Shown here piece after piece: positions 9,971-20,047 of a stretch of DNA of 64,000 nt. The DNA lies in the IMG/VR virus record IMGVR_UViG_3300045921_000730, positions 180,294-244,293 of that record; one strand, 5' to 3'. The position numbers and the translations under genes were made by a program. The notes below the pieces were generated by a model that saw nothing but the letters and a program-made list of their open reading frames with translations, made no database searches and had not been told where the DNA came from. Numbering within the stretch: the stretch's first letter is position 1; each line of letters opens with the position of its first letter.

Positions 9971-12900
9971 ATGAGACGACGTTTATTAAGTAGTCAACAA
10001 ACAGCTCCAGCACAACAACCTAATATTTTGTATACATGGGGTGGAAATAACAATGGTCAACTAGGTGATGGAACAACTGTGAGCAAATCAACACCACAAC
10101 AAATCGGGACCGAAAGTTGGAATATTGTTTCTGGTGGATCCAGTCATACATTAGCTATTCGTAATGACGGAAAATTATTTACGTGGGGTAGCAATACAGA
10201 AGGACAACTTGGTATACAATTTTTATATGCAAACGGAAGCAATTTTGGTTTGATTGGTTCAGGCATTGAAGAATTAGAAAACGTAAAAACATGGAATACA
10301 ATTTCTTCTTCATGTGAGGGTCTAACCATGGCTGGAATAGACAATGCCGGTCGCTTGTTTGTATGGGGAAGAAACAATTGGGGACAATTTGGTCAAGGGA
10401 ATCTAGAAACAGATTCAATTGGTGCCGAATGTGTGCTGCTTCCTGTAAACAATCAGTCGTGGATATCTATATCAGCCAATCGAGTACTCACTGGAACATC
10501 AACACGTCGTTTCTTTGCAGCCATTCGTAACGACGGAAGTTTGTTTGTTTGGGGTGCAAACAACCAAGGACAACTTGGCCTCGGAGACACATTAGATAGA
10601 TCTCTTCCGACCCAAGTCGGTACATCAAGTTGGACCATGGTGTCTTGTGGAAGTGAACATACTTGCGCTATTCGTAGTGACGGTGCATTGTTTGCATGGG
10701 GCTTCAATAATGCAGGTCAACTCGGTGACGGAACAACTACAAACAGATCATCGCCGGTTCAAATTGGAACATCAAGCTGGACTATGGTGTCATGCGGAGG
10801 CGCAGATGGTTTTACACATGCTATCACAAACGATGGTCGATTGTTTGCGTGGGGCGTCGGGTTGTTTGGAGTGCTTGGTGATAATACAATAAATAACAAA
10901 TCTTCACCCGTTCAGATCGGTACATCAAGCTGGACTATGGTATCTTGTGGTGTTTTACATGTAGGAGCAATACGTAGCGACGGTCTTCTATTTATGTGGG
11001 GCCAAAACCTCTTCGGTGAAGTTGGTGATGGAGCACTTACTAACAGATCTTCACCTGTTCAAATTGGAACATCAAGCTGGACCGTGGTGTCTTGTGGTGA
11101 AAGAGCTACAGCTGCTATTCGTTCTGACAATAGTTTATTTGCCTGGGGAAGAAATAACAACGGCCAACTCGGTGACGGAACAACCACAAACAGATCGTCG
11201 CCGGTTCAAATTGGAACATCAAGCTGGATAGCAGTATCGTGCGGTTCAAGCTTTGTGGCCGCCATTAGAAGTGATAATAAACTATTTACGTGGGGAAGTA
11301 ATGATGCGGGTCAGCTAGCTGATCCAACAAGCATCAACCGATCGTCTCCTGTTCAAGTTGGAACATCAAACTGGATATCCGTTAGTGCAGGAAACCAAAT
11401 GTTTGGAGCAATTGATACCAATGGTAAATTATTTACTGTTGGAAACAATTCACATTTTAATCTTGGAAGAATAACATACACAAATTCACCAGTTCAAGTT
11501 GGAACTTCGAGCTGGAATGCTGTTTCTGTTGGTGAAAGACACGTTCTCGGACTTAGAAGCAACAACAGTTTATTTGTCTGGGGAGGTAACAATTTTGGTC
11601 AACTTGGTGACACAAGCACACAAACGAGATTTTCGCCCGTTTCCCTGGGCGGAACTTGGTTGTCTATAAGTGCAGGTCAATTACACAGTGCAGCAATTCG
11701 TAATGACAATATTTTATTTACGTGGGGAAATAACTCAGAAGGACAACTTGGTGACGGAACAACCACAAACAAATCGTCGCCAGTTCAAATTGGAACATCA
11801 AGCTGGACAACTGTGAGTGCCGGTAGTTCTCACACAGCTGCCATACGTGTCAATGGTAGTCTATTTACATGGGGAACAGGAACGTTGGGAGTTCTAGGCA
11901 ATAATTCAACAACGCCTCAATCATCTCCAGTCCAAATTGGCTCTTCGAGCTGGACAGCTGTAAGTGCAGGAGCTTTACACACTCTTGCTATTCGTTTGGG
12001 TGGTTCCCTTTTTGCGTGGGGGTTCAATTCTCAGGGAGAACTCGGTGACGGAACACTTGTTAGTAAATCCTCGCCAGTACAGATTGGTTCTTCAAGCTGG
12101 ACAGCTGTAAGTGCAGGACAATCGCATTCGGTTGCTATACGCTCCGACAATCAATTATTCACCTGGGGCCAAGGTTTTGCAGGGCAGCTTGGTACTCCCG
12201 GTAACAGATCTTCACCTGTTCAAATCGGTGCTGTTGCAACGGGAGTATCCGCCGGAAACAGAAATTCAGTATTTTGGAACGCTGCTGGCGGTCACACGAC
12301 AGGAAATGCCTATCCAACTGAAACCGTGACAGCACTTACACCGTTTGTACTAGGAAGAACAATTTATAATTTTGGTCAAAATGTAAGCGTTCCAGTCCAA
12401 ATTGGCTCTTCGAGCTGGATAGCAGTATCAGGGGGAGAACAACATTCAGTAGCTATTCGTGCTGATGGTGCATTGTTTACATGGGGAAACAATGCTTTCG
12501 GACAATTAGGAAACGGCAATGCCACCACCGTTCGCTCACCAATTCAAATTGGAACATCAAGTTGGACCGCAGTAAGCGTTGGCGGTTCACACACTATGGC
12601 TATAAGATCTGATGGATTATTGTTTGCGTGGGGTGCAAACGATTGGGGACAGCTTGGCGACGGAACAACTTCACCCAAATCATCTCCAGTCCAAATTGGT
12701 TCTTCAAGTTGGTTATTTGTTGATGGTGGAAGTAACTTTACACACGCTATTCGGTCGGATAACTTATTGTTCGGCTGGGGCAACAACAATTTTGCTCAAC
12801 TTGGTGATGGAACATTTACTAGTAGAAGCTCACCGGTCCAAATTGGTTCTTCCAGTTGGGTGGCTGTTTCCTCAGGTGCTTCACACGCTGCCGCTATTCG

Positions 12901-13963
12901 CAGTGACGGCGCTTTATTTACGTGGGGAAATAACAGCTCTGGTCAACTCGGCGACAACACAACAGCAACCAGATCATCACCCGTACAAATTGGCTCTCAA
13001 AGTTGGGTGGCTGTTTCAGCCGGCAATGTGTTTACACTTGGCTTACGTTCAAATTATATTCTGTTTGGTTGGGGCAACAACGGTTGGGGACAACTCGGCT
13101 CTGGAACGACATCAAATAGATCCTCGCCAACACAAATTGGAGCAACAAGCTGGCGTCAAATATCAACAGGCGCCACTCACTCAATGGGCATTAGATTAAA
13201 TCGTGTTAATTTGCCTCTTACAATTTCCTCGGACGTTGATAATTATAATCTCTATACGGCTGTTGCTTCTAATCCTCTTTATGCATCAGGATTAACAGAT
13301 GTAACTCTAACTATCAATTCAGGTGTAAACGTTAAAAGTGCAACAACAGGTACAGCATCGCTCCGAATTCCAGCACAATTTAATGCCAATGATACAATTA
13401 CAGTTATCAATAACGGCACAATTATTGGTAGAGGTGGTAACGGAGGCAATGGCGTGGACTCAGGTAATGGTACGCCTGGTAACAATGGTGGTACAGCACT
13501 ATTAGTTTCGAGACCGGTTACATTCACAAACAACGGTACAATTGCCGGCGGAGGAGGAGGCGGTGGTGGCGGAGGTGGTGCCACAAGAACTGGGCCTGGT
13601 GGGAACCCAAAATCGCCGTCGCCTGTAACAACAACTGTTGCTGGTGGCGGTGGCGGAGGCGGTGCTGGGGGTGGTGCCGGAGGATCAACAACATCTCCTG
13701 CCGTCGGAGGCACACCGGGTCCGTTGGCCGCTGGCGGTAGTGGTGGAGCTGGAGGAACAGGCACAAATCCAGCAGGTCCTGTACAAGGTGGTGCTGGCGG
13801 AGCAGGAGGCGGACAAGGAAATACTGGCTCAACGGGCGGCAATTCTGTCTCTAGTGCTGTACCCTACACCGGTGGTACTGGCGGTGCTGCAGGTGCCGCT
13901 GTTTCAGGTAATCCATTAATTACATGGCCAGCCTTTGGTACACGTTTGGGTCCAATAAGCTAA
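9971..13963 (+). CDS. RCC1/BLIP-II repeat protein (about 21 repeats) fused to a gp38-like glycine-rich adhesin domain
   Basis: Repeated LF.WG.N..GQLGDGTTTNRSSPVQIGTSSW units of ~50 aa. The C-terminal ~250 aa are polyglycine-rich and homologous to 19013..19990. Confidence 0.85.
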   Translation: MRRRLLSSQQTAPAQQPNILYTWGGNNNGQLGDGTTVSKSTPQQIGTESWNIVSGGSSHTLAIRNDGKLFTWGSNTEGQLGIQFLYANGSNFGLIGSGIEELENVKTWNTISSSCEGLTMAGIDNAGRLFVWGRNNWGQFGQGNLETDSIGAECVLLPVNNQSWISISANRVLTGTSTRRFFAAIRNDGSLFVWGANNQGQLGLGDTLDRSLPTQVGTSSWTMVSCGSEHTCAIRSDGALFAWGFNNAGQLGDGTTTNRSSPVQIGTSSWTMVSCGGADGFTHAITNDGRLFAWGVGLFGVLGDNTINNKSSPVQIGTSSWTMVSCGVLHVGAIRSDGLLFMWGQNLFGEVGDGALTNRSSPVQIGTSSWTVVSCGERATAAIRSDNSLFAWGRNNNGQLGDGTTTNRSSPVQIGTSSWIAVSCGSSFVAAIRSDNKLFTWGSNDAGQLADPTSINRSSPVQVGTSNWISVSAGNQMFGAIDTNGKLFTVGNNSHFNLGRITYTNSPVQVGTSSWNAVSVGERHVLGLRSNNSLFVWGGNNFGQLGDTSTQTRFSPVSLGGTWLSISAGQLHSAAIRNDNILFTWGNNSEGQLGDGTTTNKSSPVQIGTSSWTTVSAGSSHTAAIRVNGSLFTWGTGTLGVLGNNSTTPQSSPVQIGSSSWTAVSAGALHTLAIRLGGSLFAWGFNSQGELGDGTLVSKSSPVQIGSSSWTAVSAGQSHSVAIRSDNQLFTWGQGFAGQLGTPGNRSSPVQIGAVATGVSAGNRNSVFWNAAGGHTTGNAYPTETVTALTPFVLGRTIYNFGQNVSVPVQIGSSSWIAVSGGEQHSVAIRADGALFTWGNNAFGQLGNGNATTVRSPIQIGTSSWTAVSVGGSHTMAIRSDGLLFAWGANDWGQLGDGTTSPKSSPVQIGSSSWLFVDGGSNFTHAIRSDNLLFGWGNNNFAQLGDGTFTSRSSPVQIGSSSWVAVSSGASHAAAIRSDGALFTWGNNSSGQLGDNTTATRSSPVQIGSQSWVAVSAGNVFTLGLRSNYILFGWGNNGWGQLGSGTTSNRSSPTQIGATSWRQISTGATHSMGIRLNRVNLPLTISSDVDNYNLYTAVASNPLYASGLTDVTLTINSGVNVKSATTGTASLRIPAQFNANDTITVINNGTIIGRGGNGGNGVDSGNGTPGNNGGTALLVSRPVTFTNNGTIAGGGGGGGGGGGATRTGPGGNPKSPSPVTTTVAGGGGGGGAGGGAGGSTTSPAVGGTPGPLAAGGSGGAGGTGTNPAGPVQGGAGGAGGGQGNTGSTGGNSVSSAVPYTGGTGGAAGAAVSGNPLITWPAFGTRLGPIS

Positions 13964-13986
13964 CACAGCACAATTACTTTCCGCAC

Positions 13987-14018
13987 AAAAAGAGCCTCTA
14001 TATAGGGGCTCTTTTTTT
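13987..14018. terminator. Probably bidirectional rho-independent terminator
   Basis: AAAAAGAGCCTCTA-TA-TAGGGGCTCTTTTTTT. Confidence 0.8.
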
Positions 14019-14082
14019 GTTATAAATATTGATGTCAATTGCTAAACGTTTCAACAACATCGGCTCTTCTTGTGAAAATCAT

Positions 14083-14463
14083 ATGAATACAATTACGATC
14101 AACATTATTGAATTCGATGAAAATAATAATAATATAATTGTTGGTTTTTCTCACGAAGAACTAACTAATGAAATTCGTCTTACATTTCAGATTTCTAATT
14201 TTGAAAAACCAAATGACATGGATCGTGTATTAAAAGAAATAGCTCACACAGGAATCTCTCTTGTTGAAGCAACAATAAAACAAGAACAATTAAAAAAACA
14301 ACAAGTATTAATCGAAAATTATAAAAATATTGTTGGTGTTAGAAAAACATATAATATCCCTGAACTTCAAAATTATATACAATTATTGTATTCTACCAAC
14401 GTTACCCCTGAAAACAACGCTGGTGATCCTTCATTTCAAGTCATCCCAGAAACTGACATGTAA
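14083..14463 (+). CDS. Hypothetical protein, paralog of 20048..20374
   Basis: Shares TIT..I...D......IV.F and VLK.IAH.GI...E...K.EQ.K with 20048. ATG 14083 is the likelier start; the ORF track starts at 14029. Confidence 0.6.
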   Translation: MNTITINIIEFDENNNNIIVGFSHEELTNEIRLTFQISNFEKPNDMDRVLKEIAHTGISLVEATIKQEQLKKQQVLIENYKNIVGVRKTYNIPELQNYIQLLYSTNVTPENNAGDPSFQVIPETDM

Positions 14464-14467
14464 TTGA

Positions 14468-14983
14468 TTATAAATTATTTTTAATGCAAAAGTCATATAC
14501 ATCTTGATACTTTATTGGTTTTTTAAATGACATTGATACCAAAAGACGCTCATTATTATAATTAATTACTTGATGACACTTTTCAGTATTGAATAACACA
14601 CAGTGGTTATCAGGATATATTAACTCAATAAATTTGTTTTTGAGCTTATATTGGCTAGTAAAATTTTCATTTTCATCAATAAACAAACACGACGATTTTG
14701 TATGTTGTAACAAAAAATTAATACAACAATCTCTATCAGCATCTCTGTGAAAGTGATAAACTTCGTATGGGTTCATTTTTACAAGAGTTGGAACATGCAT
14801 ATCAAAATTTTCATAAAACTTTTTTATAGCTTCGTTAGACACCATATCAAAAGGAAGGCCGATCACCGGAAAATCAAAACAATCGTACCATTTATCCGTT
14901 GACAAAGCTTTGATATATTCTAATAACTTATCTTTAAAATTACACGGTTGTTTTATTTGATAAAAATATTCATGCTGTTTCAT
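14468..14983 (-). CDS. 2OG-Fe(II) oxygenase/cupin-like protein
   Basis: HRD...H.V.N....R motif arrangement. Confidence 0.55.
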   Translation of the reverse strand: MKQHEYFYQIKQPCNFKDKLLEYIKALSTDKWYDCFDFPVIGLPFDMVSNEAIKKFYENFDMHVPTLVKMNPYEVYHFHRDADRDCCINFLLQHTKSSCLFIDENENFTSQYKLKNKFIELIYPDNHCVLFNTEKCHQVINYNNERLLVSMSFKKPIKYQDVYDFCIKNNL

Positions 14984-15002
14984 TTTTTGTTTCCTTTTTT
15001 AT

Positions 15003-15052
15003 CGAAAATTAGTTGAGAAAACCGCGAAGTATTTAGCTTTGTGGTAGTTCAT
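15003..15052 (+). mobile_element. Short single-hairpin IS200/IS605 derivative (PATE-like), copy E
   Basis: TTAT | CGAAAATTAGTTGAGAAAA-CCGCGAAG-TATTTAG-CTTTGTGG-TAGTTCAT. Confidence 0.7.
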
Positions 15053-15080
15053 ATAAAAAATTCCCCCCCCCCAATGTTAT

Positions 15081-15284
15081 AAATCGAGCTGAGAAAACCA
15101 CATGATTTTTAGTCGCGTGGATGAATCAGCACATTGGTATCTGGTTGGTTTGTCACCATAAATAGTAACGTCTGGTTGTGGGACGCAATCGGACATTAAA
15201 CAAAAACCGAAGGAGGCGTCGATGCTGTTAGGTCAAGTCGATGAATTCGGAAACCATGAAGTTTTTAGCTTCGTGGTAGTTCAT
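15081..15284 (+). mobile_element. Non-autonomous IS605 element carrying an orphan TnpB omegaRNA, copy A
   Basis: Starts after TTAT. Left-end hairpin, then ATAAATA (15158-15164), then from 15170 a scaffold homologous to the 3' end of tnpB 51512..52732; ends GGTAGTTCAT. Confidence 0.85.
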
Positions 15285-15340
15285 TCAAACAATAAAACGA
15301 ATTGAATAAGTATTCAAAGATAAATAAATAAATTGATTAT

Positions 15341-15390
15341 CGAAAATTAATTGAGAAAACCACGAAGTCTTTAGCTTCGTGGTAGTTCAT
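15341..15390 (+). mobile_element. Short single-hairpin IS200/IS605 derivative, copy F
   Basis: TTAT | CGAAAATTAATTGAGAAAA-CCACGAAG-TCTTTAG-CTTCGTGG-TAGTTCAT. Confidence 0.75.
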
Positions 15391-15424
15391 CCTGGTATAT
15401 ACCAAATTAAAAAGGAGACGCCAC

Positions 15425-18400
15425 ATGGCCACAAAAATTAGACTAAAACGAAGTGCTGTTCCCAATAATGTTCCCACGACAAGCCAACTTGACCTTGGTG
15501 AAATTGCTATCAACACTTATGATGGTAAACTTTATATTAAAAAAGACGATGGTTCTGAATCAATAGTGTTAGTTGGTCCACAAGCCGGTAACTCTGCTCC
15601 AACAAATCAAGTTGTTTATGGCACAGGGTTAAGTTTAACTAGTTCAGCAACGTTCACATATGATCCCACGACTGGAAATTTTACTGTTAATCCAGGAAGT
15701 GTAACTTCACCATCAAGCATTTCTTTGACTGCTGCAAGCGATTCGTCAATTGGTAACGGTGGCAGTATTGAATTGTTAGCTGGTAATGGTGGTTCAACAA
15801 GTGGTGATGGTGGTAACATTACTTTAAATGCGGGTGATGCTTCTATTGGCAACGGCGGCGATGTTTTTATTCTTGCTGGAACACCAACCAATGGTAATGG
15901 TGGTGATGTAACAATTACAGCGTCTGCTGGCTCCGGTTCTAACAACGAAGGTGGTGATGTAAATATCACATCCGGTAATTCTACAGGCTCTAGTGGTGCA
16001 GGAACAATTAATTTAACATCAGGATCCAACCCTGCAGGTACGGGCGTTGGAGGAAACATTGCTTTGACAGCCGGAGAAGGCGGTTCAGGCGGTGGCAATA
16101 TTACTTTAACAGCTGGCGACTCAAATAATTCGTCTGGCAATGCAGGCGACGTTAACATTATTGGCGGAAATGCTCTTCTTAACGGATCTGGAGGAAATGT
16201 TACATTTACAACTGGTGACTCTGCAACTGGTACAGCTGGCAATGCAATATTTAATATAGGTATTGGTAATGCAACACGCGGCACTTTTGATGTTGTACAT
16301 GGTAGCTCAAATAAATTTAGAGTAGCTGCCAACGGATATATCGGAATTAATCAAGACACACCAACAGAAGTTTTACATGTTGGTGGTAATATTAGATTAA
16401 CAGGAAGCATTAAATTTCCTGGCGGCGATATTACTGATAGTTCTCTCAATGGTCTGAGCGATGTAGTTATTTCTGGACCAACTAATGGTCAATTTTTGAA
16501 ATATAATGGAACAAACTGGGTAAATTCTGCTCTTGGTGTTGTTCTTGATGATATTAGTGATGTTGATATTGGTGTACCAACCAACGGTCAAGTGTTATAT
16601 AGATCAGGATCAAATTGGATTAATCAAACGCTTGTTATTGCTGACATTTCTGGTTTACAAACATCTCTTAATGGTAAGTTGAGCTTGTCTGGCGGCACAA
16701 TGACAGGTCCATTGATCCTTTCTGGTGCTCCTTCAGATCCAAACGAAGCAACTACAAAAACATATGTTGATAATGCTGACGCTGCTAAAGTCAACAAAGC
16801 TGGTGACTCAATGACAGGCCTTCTAACGTTGAGCGGAGATCCAACGGCACCGTTGCATGCAGCTACAAAACAATACGTCGACAATCTTGCAGGAGGGCTA
16901 GTACCACATGCAAGTGTAAAAGCAGCTACAACAGTAAACTTGTCATCTTTGTCAGGATTGTTGACGGTTGACGGATACACTCTATCTGCTGGTGATAGAG
17001 TATTAGTAAAAAACCAAACCACCGGAAGTGAAAATGGTATATATGTTGCTAGTGCCGGAAGTTGGTCTCGAGCAACTGACTTCGATGGAACACCTTCGGG
17101 TGAAGTTTCTCCGGGCGATTTTGTCTTTGTTGAAAATGGTACAACTAACGGTGGAACATCTTGGATTCTAATAACACCAAATCCAATTAACGTCGGAACT
17201 ACAACATTAACATTTACACAATTTAGTGGCGGTGCCGGCAGTAATCCTGGTGGTCTTGATACACAGGTCCAATTTAATGACGGCGGAACATTCGGTGGCG
17301 ATGCGGACTTTACATGGAATAAGACAACAAATACTTTGACAGCAACAAACATAACAACGTCTGGCACATTAGATGTAACACGTTATGTTGAAACAGGACC
17401 GATTGTTTCGATTTCGTCGGGGACATTAACCATCGATTTAGCGACCGGTACATTGTTTGAAGTAAGCTTAAATCAAAACATTTCAACTTTAACAATAAAC
17501 AACGCTGCTTCTTCAGGCAAGGTGTCGACATTTAGTTTAATGTTTGTTGGTGATGGTACTCCAAGAACGATCACGTGGCCAGCAAGCGTAAAGTGGCCAA
17601 ACGATGTTCCACCTACTTTATCCGCATCTAACGGAGCTGTTGACGTGTTCACGTTCTTTACACGTAATGGTGGTACAACTTGGTATGGTATTATTGCTGG
17701 ACAATTGTTCAATGACTCACAACCCATTGCTCCACCTGACTTAAGACTTGATCAAATATTGGCTGCTCAAAATCCAAACACAATAGACAATGGAAACAAC
17801 ACTCAAACGTGGAGATGGTCGCTTGGTGGTAGTAATAATGGTTTATCAATTAGAGAACATGCTGTATCCACATCTACTGGAACCTTATTCTCGATAGATT
17901 CATTAGCATCATCGACAGTTGGTATTTTTAATGCGCGTGCCCAAAACGGTCAAGGCGGTATTACAATTGATAATAACGGTTTTGTAACCGTCAATAGTGG
18001 TACAACAAACCCAACATTCACAATTGCAACTACGTCAGGATTTATAACAAATAGTCAGTTAAGATTTACTTCATCAGCACCATCACCACAAGTTACAACA
18101 GCAACGGGTACTAACTTAACAATTAATCCTGGCAATGCCACAGTTACGGGCACTGGACCATCATTAACATTACAGTCTGGTAACGGCTTAACAACTGGAG
18201 CAGGTGGTGCAATAAACATTACAGCAGGAAACGGTACAGGCACAAACCAAAATGGTGGTACCGTAACAATTAGTGGTGGTATACCAACAGGTACAGGCAC
18301 AAGTGAAATTCTTTTACGTACAAATAATACGACTCGTTTAACTGTTAACACCAGCGGTACAATTATTATTCCTGGAAATATGACCGTTGGTACAATCACT

Positions 18401-19009
18401 TCCGGCACTTGGAATGGTACAGCTGTTGGTACAGGATTTGGTGGTACTGGTTTAACATCTATTGGTTCAGCCAACCAAATACTTGGTGTTAATACAGGTG
18501 GCAGTGCTCTTGAATATAAAACTGTTACAGCTGGTACAGGTGTGATTGTAACACCATCAGCAAATACTATTACAATTAGTTTACCACAAGCAGTTAATAC
18601 AACGTCTAATGTTGAGATTGGGTCTTTGGGTGTTGGAACACCAGCTAGTGGTACTGCAGGTGAAATAAGAGCAACAAATAACATTACAGCTTATTACTCG
18701 TCGGATAAACGTCTGAAGGAAAACATTCAACCAATAGATAATGCTCTTCAAAAAGTTGGTAAAATTTCAGGTGTGATGTTTGACTGGAGCGATGACTATA
18801 TTCAAAAACATGGTGGTGAAGACGGTTATTTCATTCGTAAGCATGATGTTGGTGTTATTGCTCAAGAAGTTGAAGAAATTATGCCTGAAATTGTTGCCAC
18901 AAGAGAGGATGGCTATAAAGCATTGCGATATGAGCGTTTGGTACCGCTCCTAATAGAAGCAATAAAAGAATTAAAAGCAGAAATTGATCAATTAAAGAAA
19001 GGTAAGTAA
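15425..19009 (+). CDS. Long tail fibre with C-terminal intramolecular chaperone (peptidase S74-like)
   Basis: Mtd-N-like start. Ends YYSSDKRLKENI...LVPLLIEAIKELKAEIDQLK, the classic autocleaving chaperone signature. Confidence 0.85.
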   Translation: MATKIRLKRSAVPNNVPTTSQLDLGEIAINTYDGKLYIKKDDGSESIVLVGPQAGNSAPTNQVVYGTGLSLTSSATFTYDPTTGNFTVNPGSVTSPSSISLTAASDSSIGNGGSIELLAGNGGSTSGDGGNITLNAGDASIGNGGDVFILAGTPTNGNGGDVTITASAGSGSNNEGGDVNITSGNSTGSSGAGTINLTSGSNPAGTGVGGNIALTAGEGGSGGGNITLTAGDSNNSSGNAGDVNIIGGNALLNGSGGNVTFTTGDSATGTAGNAIFNIGIGNATRGTFDVVHGSSNKFRVAANGYIGINQDTPTEVLHVGGNIRLTGSIKFPGGDITDSSLNGLSDVVISGPTNGQFLKYNGTNWVNSALGVVLDDISDVDIGVPTNGQVLYRSGSNWINQTLVIADISGLQTSLNGKLSLSGGTMTGPLILSGAPSDPNEATTKTYVDNADAAKVNKAGDSMTGLLTLSGDPTAPLHAATKQYVDNLAGGLVPHASVKAATTVNLSSLSGLLTVDGYTLSAGDRVLVKNQTTGSENGIYVASAGSWSRATDFDGTPSGEVSPGDFVFVENGTTNGGTSWILITPNPINVGTTTLTFTQFSGGAGSNPGGLDTQVQFNDGGTFGGDADFTWNKTTNTLTATNITTSGTLDVTRYVETGPIVSISSGTLTIDLATGTLFEVSLNQNISTLTINNAASSGKVSTFSLMFVGDGTPRTITWPASVKWPNDVPPTLSASNGAVDVFTFFTRNGGTTWYGIIAGQLFNDSQPIAPPDLRLDQILAAQNPNTIDNGNNTQTWRWSLGGSNNGLSIREHAVSTSTGTLFSIDSLASSTVGIFNARAQNGQGGITIDNNGFVTVNSGTTNPTFTIATTSGFITNSQLRFTSSAPSPQVTTATGTNLTINPGNATVTGTGPSLTLQSGNGLTTGAGGAINITAGNGTGTNQNGGTVTISGGIPTGTGTSEILLRTNNTTRLTVNTSGTIIIPGNMTVGTITSGTWNGTAVGTGFGGTGLTSIGSANQILGVNTGGSALEYKTVTAGTGVIVTPSANTITISLPQAVNTTSNVEIGSLGVGTPASGTAGEIRATNNITAYYSSDKRLKENIQPIDNALQKVGKISGVMFDWSDDYIQKHGGEDGYFIRKHDVGVIAQEVEEIMPEIVATREDGYKALRYERLVPLLIEAIKELKAEIDQLKKGK

Positions 19010-19012
19010 AAA

Positions 19013-19990
19013 ATGGCAAACCTACCTTCGAGTGGTCCATTAAGTATACAACAAATTGGAACATTTTTTGGTGATACATCACCGCATGCCATGAATGAAT
19101 TTTATCGTGGTGGACCATTAGTTCCAAACATACCAGCAAATGCTTCAATACCTACATCAGGACAGATTGCTGTCGGAAATTTTTATAATGCAAGTGACGG
19201 ACGACAACTAATTACTTTGACTGTTGCAGGAACTACCAACACAAATTATAATGTCTACACAGCTGCTTCGGCAAGTCCATTATATGCACCTGGCTTTACA
19301 GATGTTGTGTTAAATATTCAATCCGGAGCACAAATAAGCTCAACAAGCACTTCAACAGCAGCACTGCTTGTTCCTAATGCTTTTAACCCAGGAGACACTG
19401 TAACAATTAACAATCAAGGAGTAGTTGCTGGTCGCGGCGGTAATGGTGGCAACGGAGGTCCGGGTGCTCCCGGTTCTGCCCCCACCATGGCTGGTGGTTC
19501 AGGTGGTGCCGGCGGTCTGGCTCTTGAAGTCCAACGTCCAGTAACAATAAATAATAGCGGAGGTATTATACGTGGTGGCGGTGGCGGAGGAGGAGGCGGT
19601 GGGGGAGCTTTCGCACAAGCATTTGGGCCACCCAAAAGCCCTACTCCAGCAGCTTCTGTTATTGGAGGCGGAGGAGGTGGAGGAGCAACCGGCAACCCAG
19701 GTGCTTCACCGTTAGTAACTTCAATTGGCGGATCACCTAACGGCAACCATGGCCTCAATAATGCGGCCGGATCTGGAGGTCCAGGAACACCAAACGCTCC
19801 CAGAGGAATAGCGTCCGGTGCCGGCGGCAATGGCGGTGCCGCAGGCAGTGCAGGTACATCAGGATCGCCAGCACCAGCCGGTCCTATAACAGGTGCAGGT
19901 GGCGCCGGTGGTTCGGCTGGTGGCGCAGTTTCTGGAAATCCATTTATTACATGGACAAACACAGGCACTCGCACAGGACCAATTTCATAG
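19013..19990 (+). CDS. gp38-like glycine-rich tail-fibre adhesin
   Basis: N-terminus LPSSGPLSI..I.TFFG; polyglycine segments; directly follows an S74-type fibre, as in gp37/gp38 pairs. Confidence 0.7.
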   Translation: MANLPSSGPLSIQQIGTFFGDTSPHAMNEFYRGGPLVPNIPANASIPTSGQIAVGNFYNASDGRQLITLTVAGTTNTNYNVYTAASASPLYAPGFTDVVLNIQSGAQISSTSTSTAALLVPNAFNPGDTVTINNQGVVAGRGGNGGNGGPGAPGSAPTMAGGSGGAGGLALEVQRPVTINNSGGIIRGGGGGGGGGGGAFAQAFGPPKSPTPAASVIGGGGGGGATGNPGASPLVTSIGGSPNGNHGLNNAAGSGGPGTPNAPRGIASGAGGNGGAAGSAGTSGSPAPAGPITGAGGAGGSAGGAVSGNPFITWTNTGTRTGPIS

Positions 19991-20047
19991 TGTTGACAAA
20001 AACTACCACTTTGTATAAAAATAAATATTTTTAACAAAGGAGTAAAT

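Noticed and set aside
2768-19990. Diversity-generating retroelement acting on the Mtd-like fibres
   Set aside because: No reverse transcriptase in the window, and the duplicated segments do not differ specifically at adenines.
19993-20019. Sigma70 promoter TTGACA...TATAAA before 20048
   Set aside because: Spacer is only 15 bp, too weak to call.
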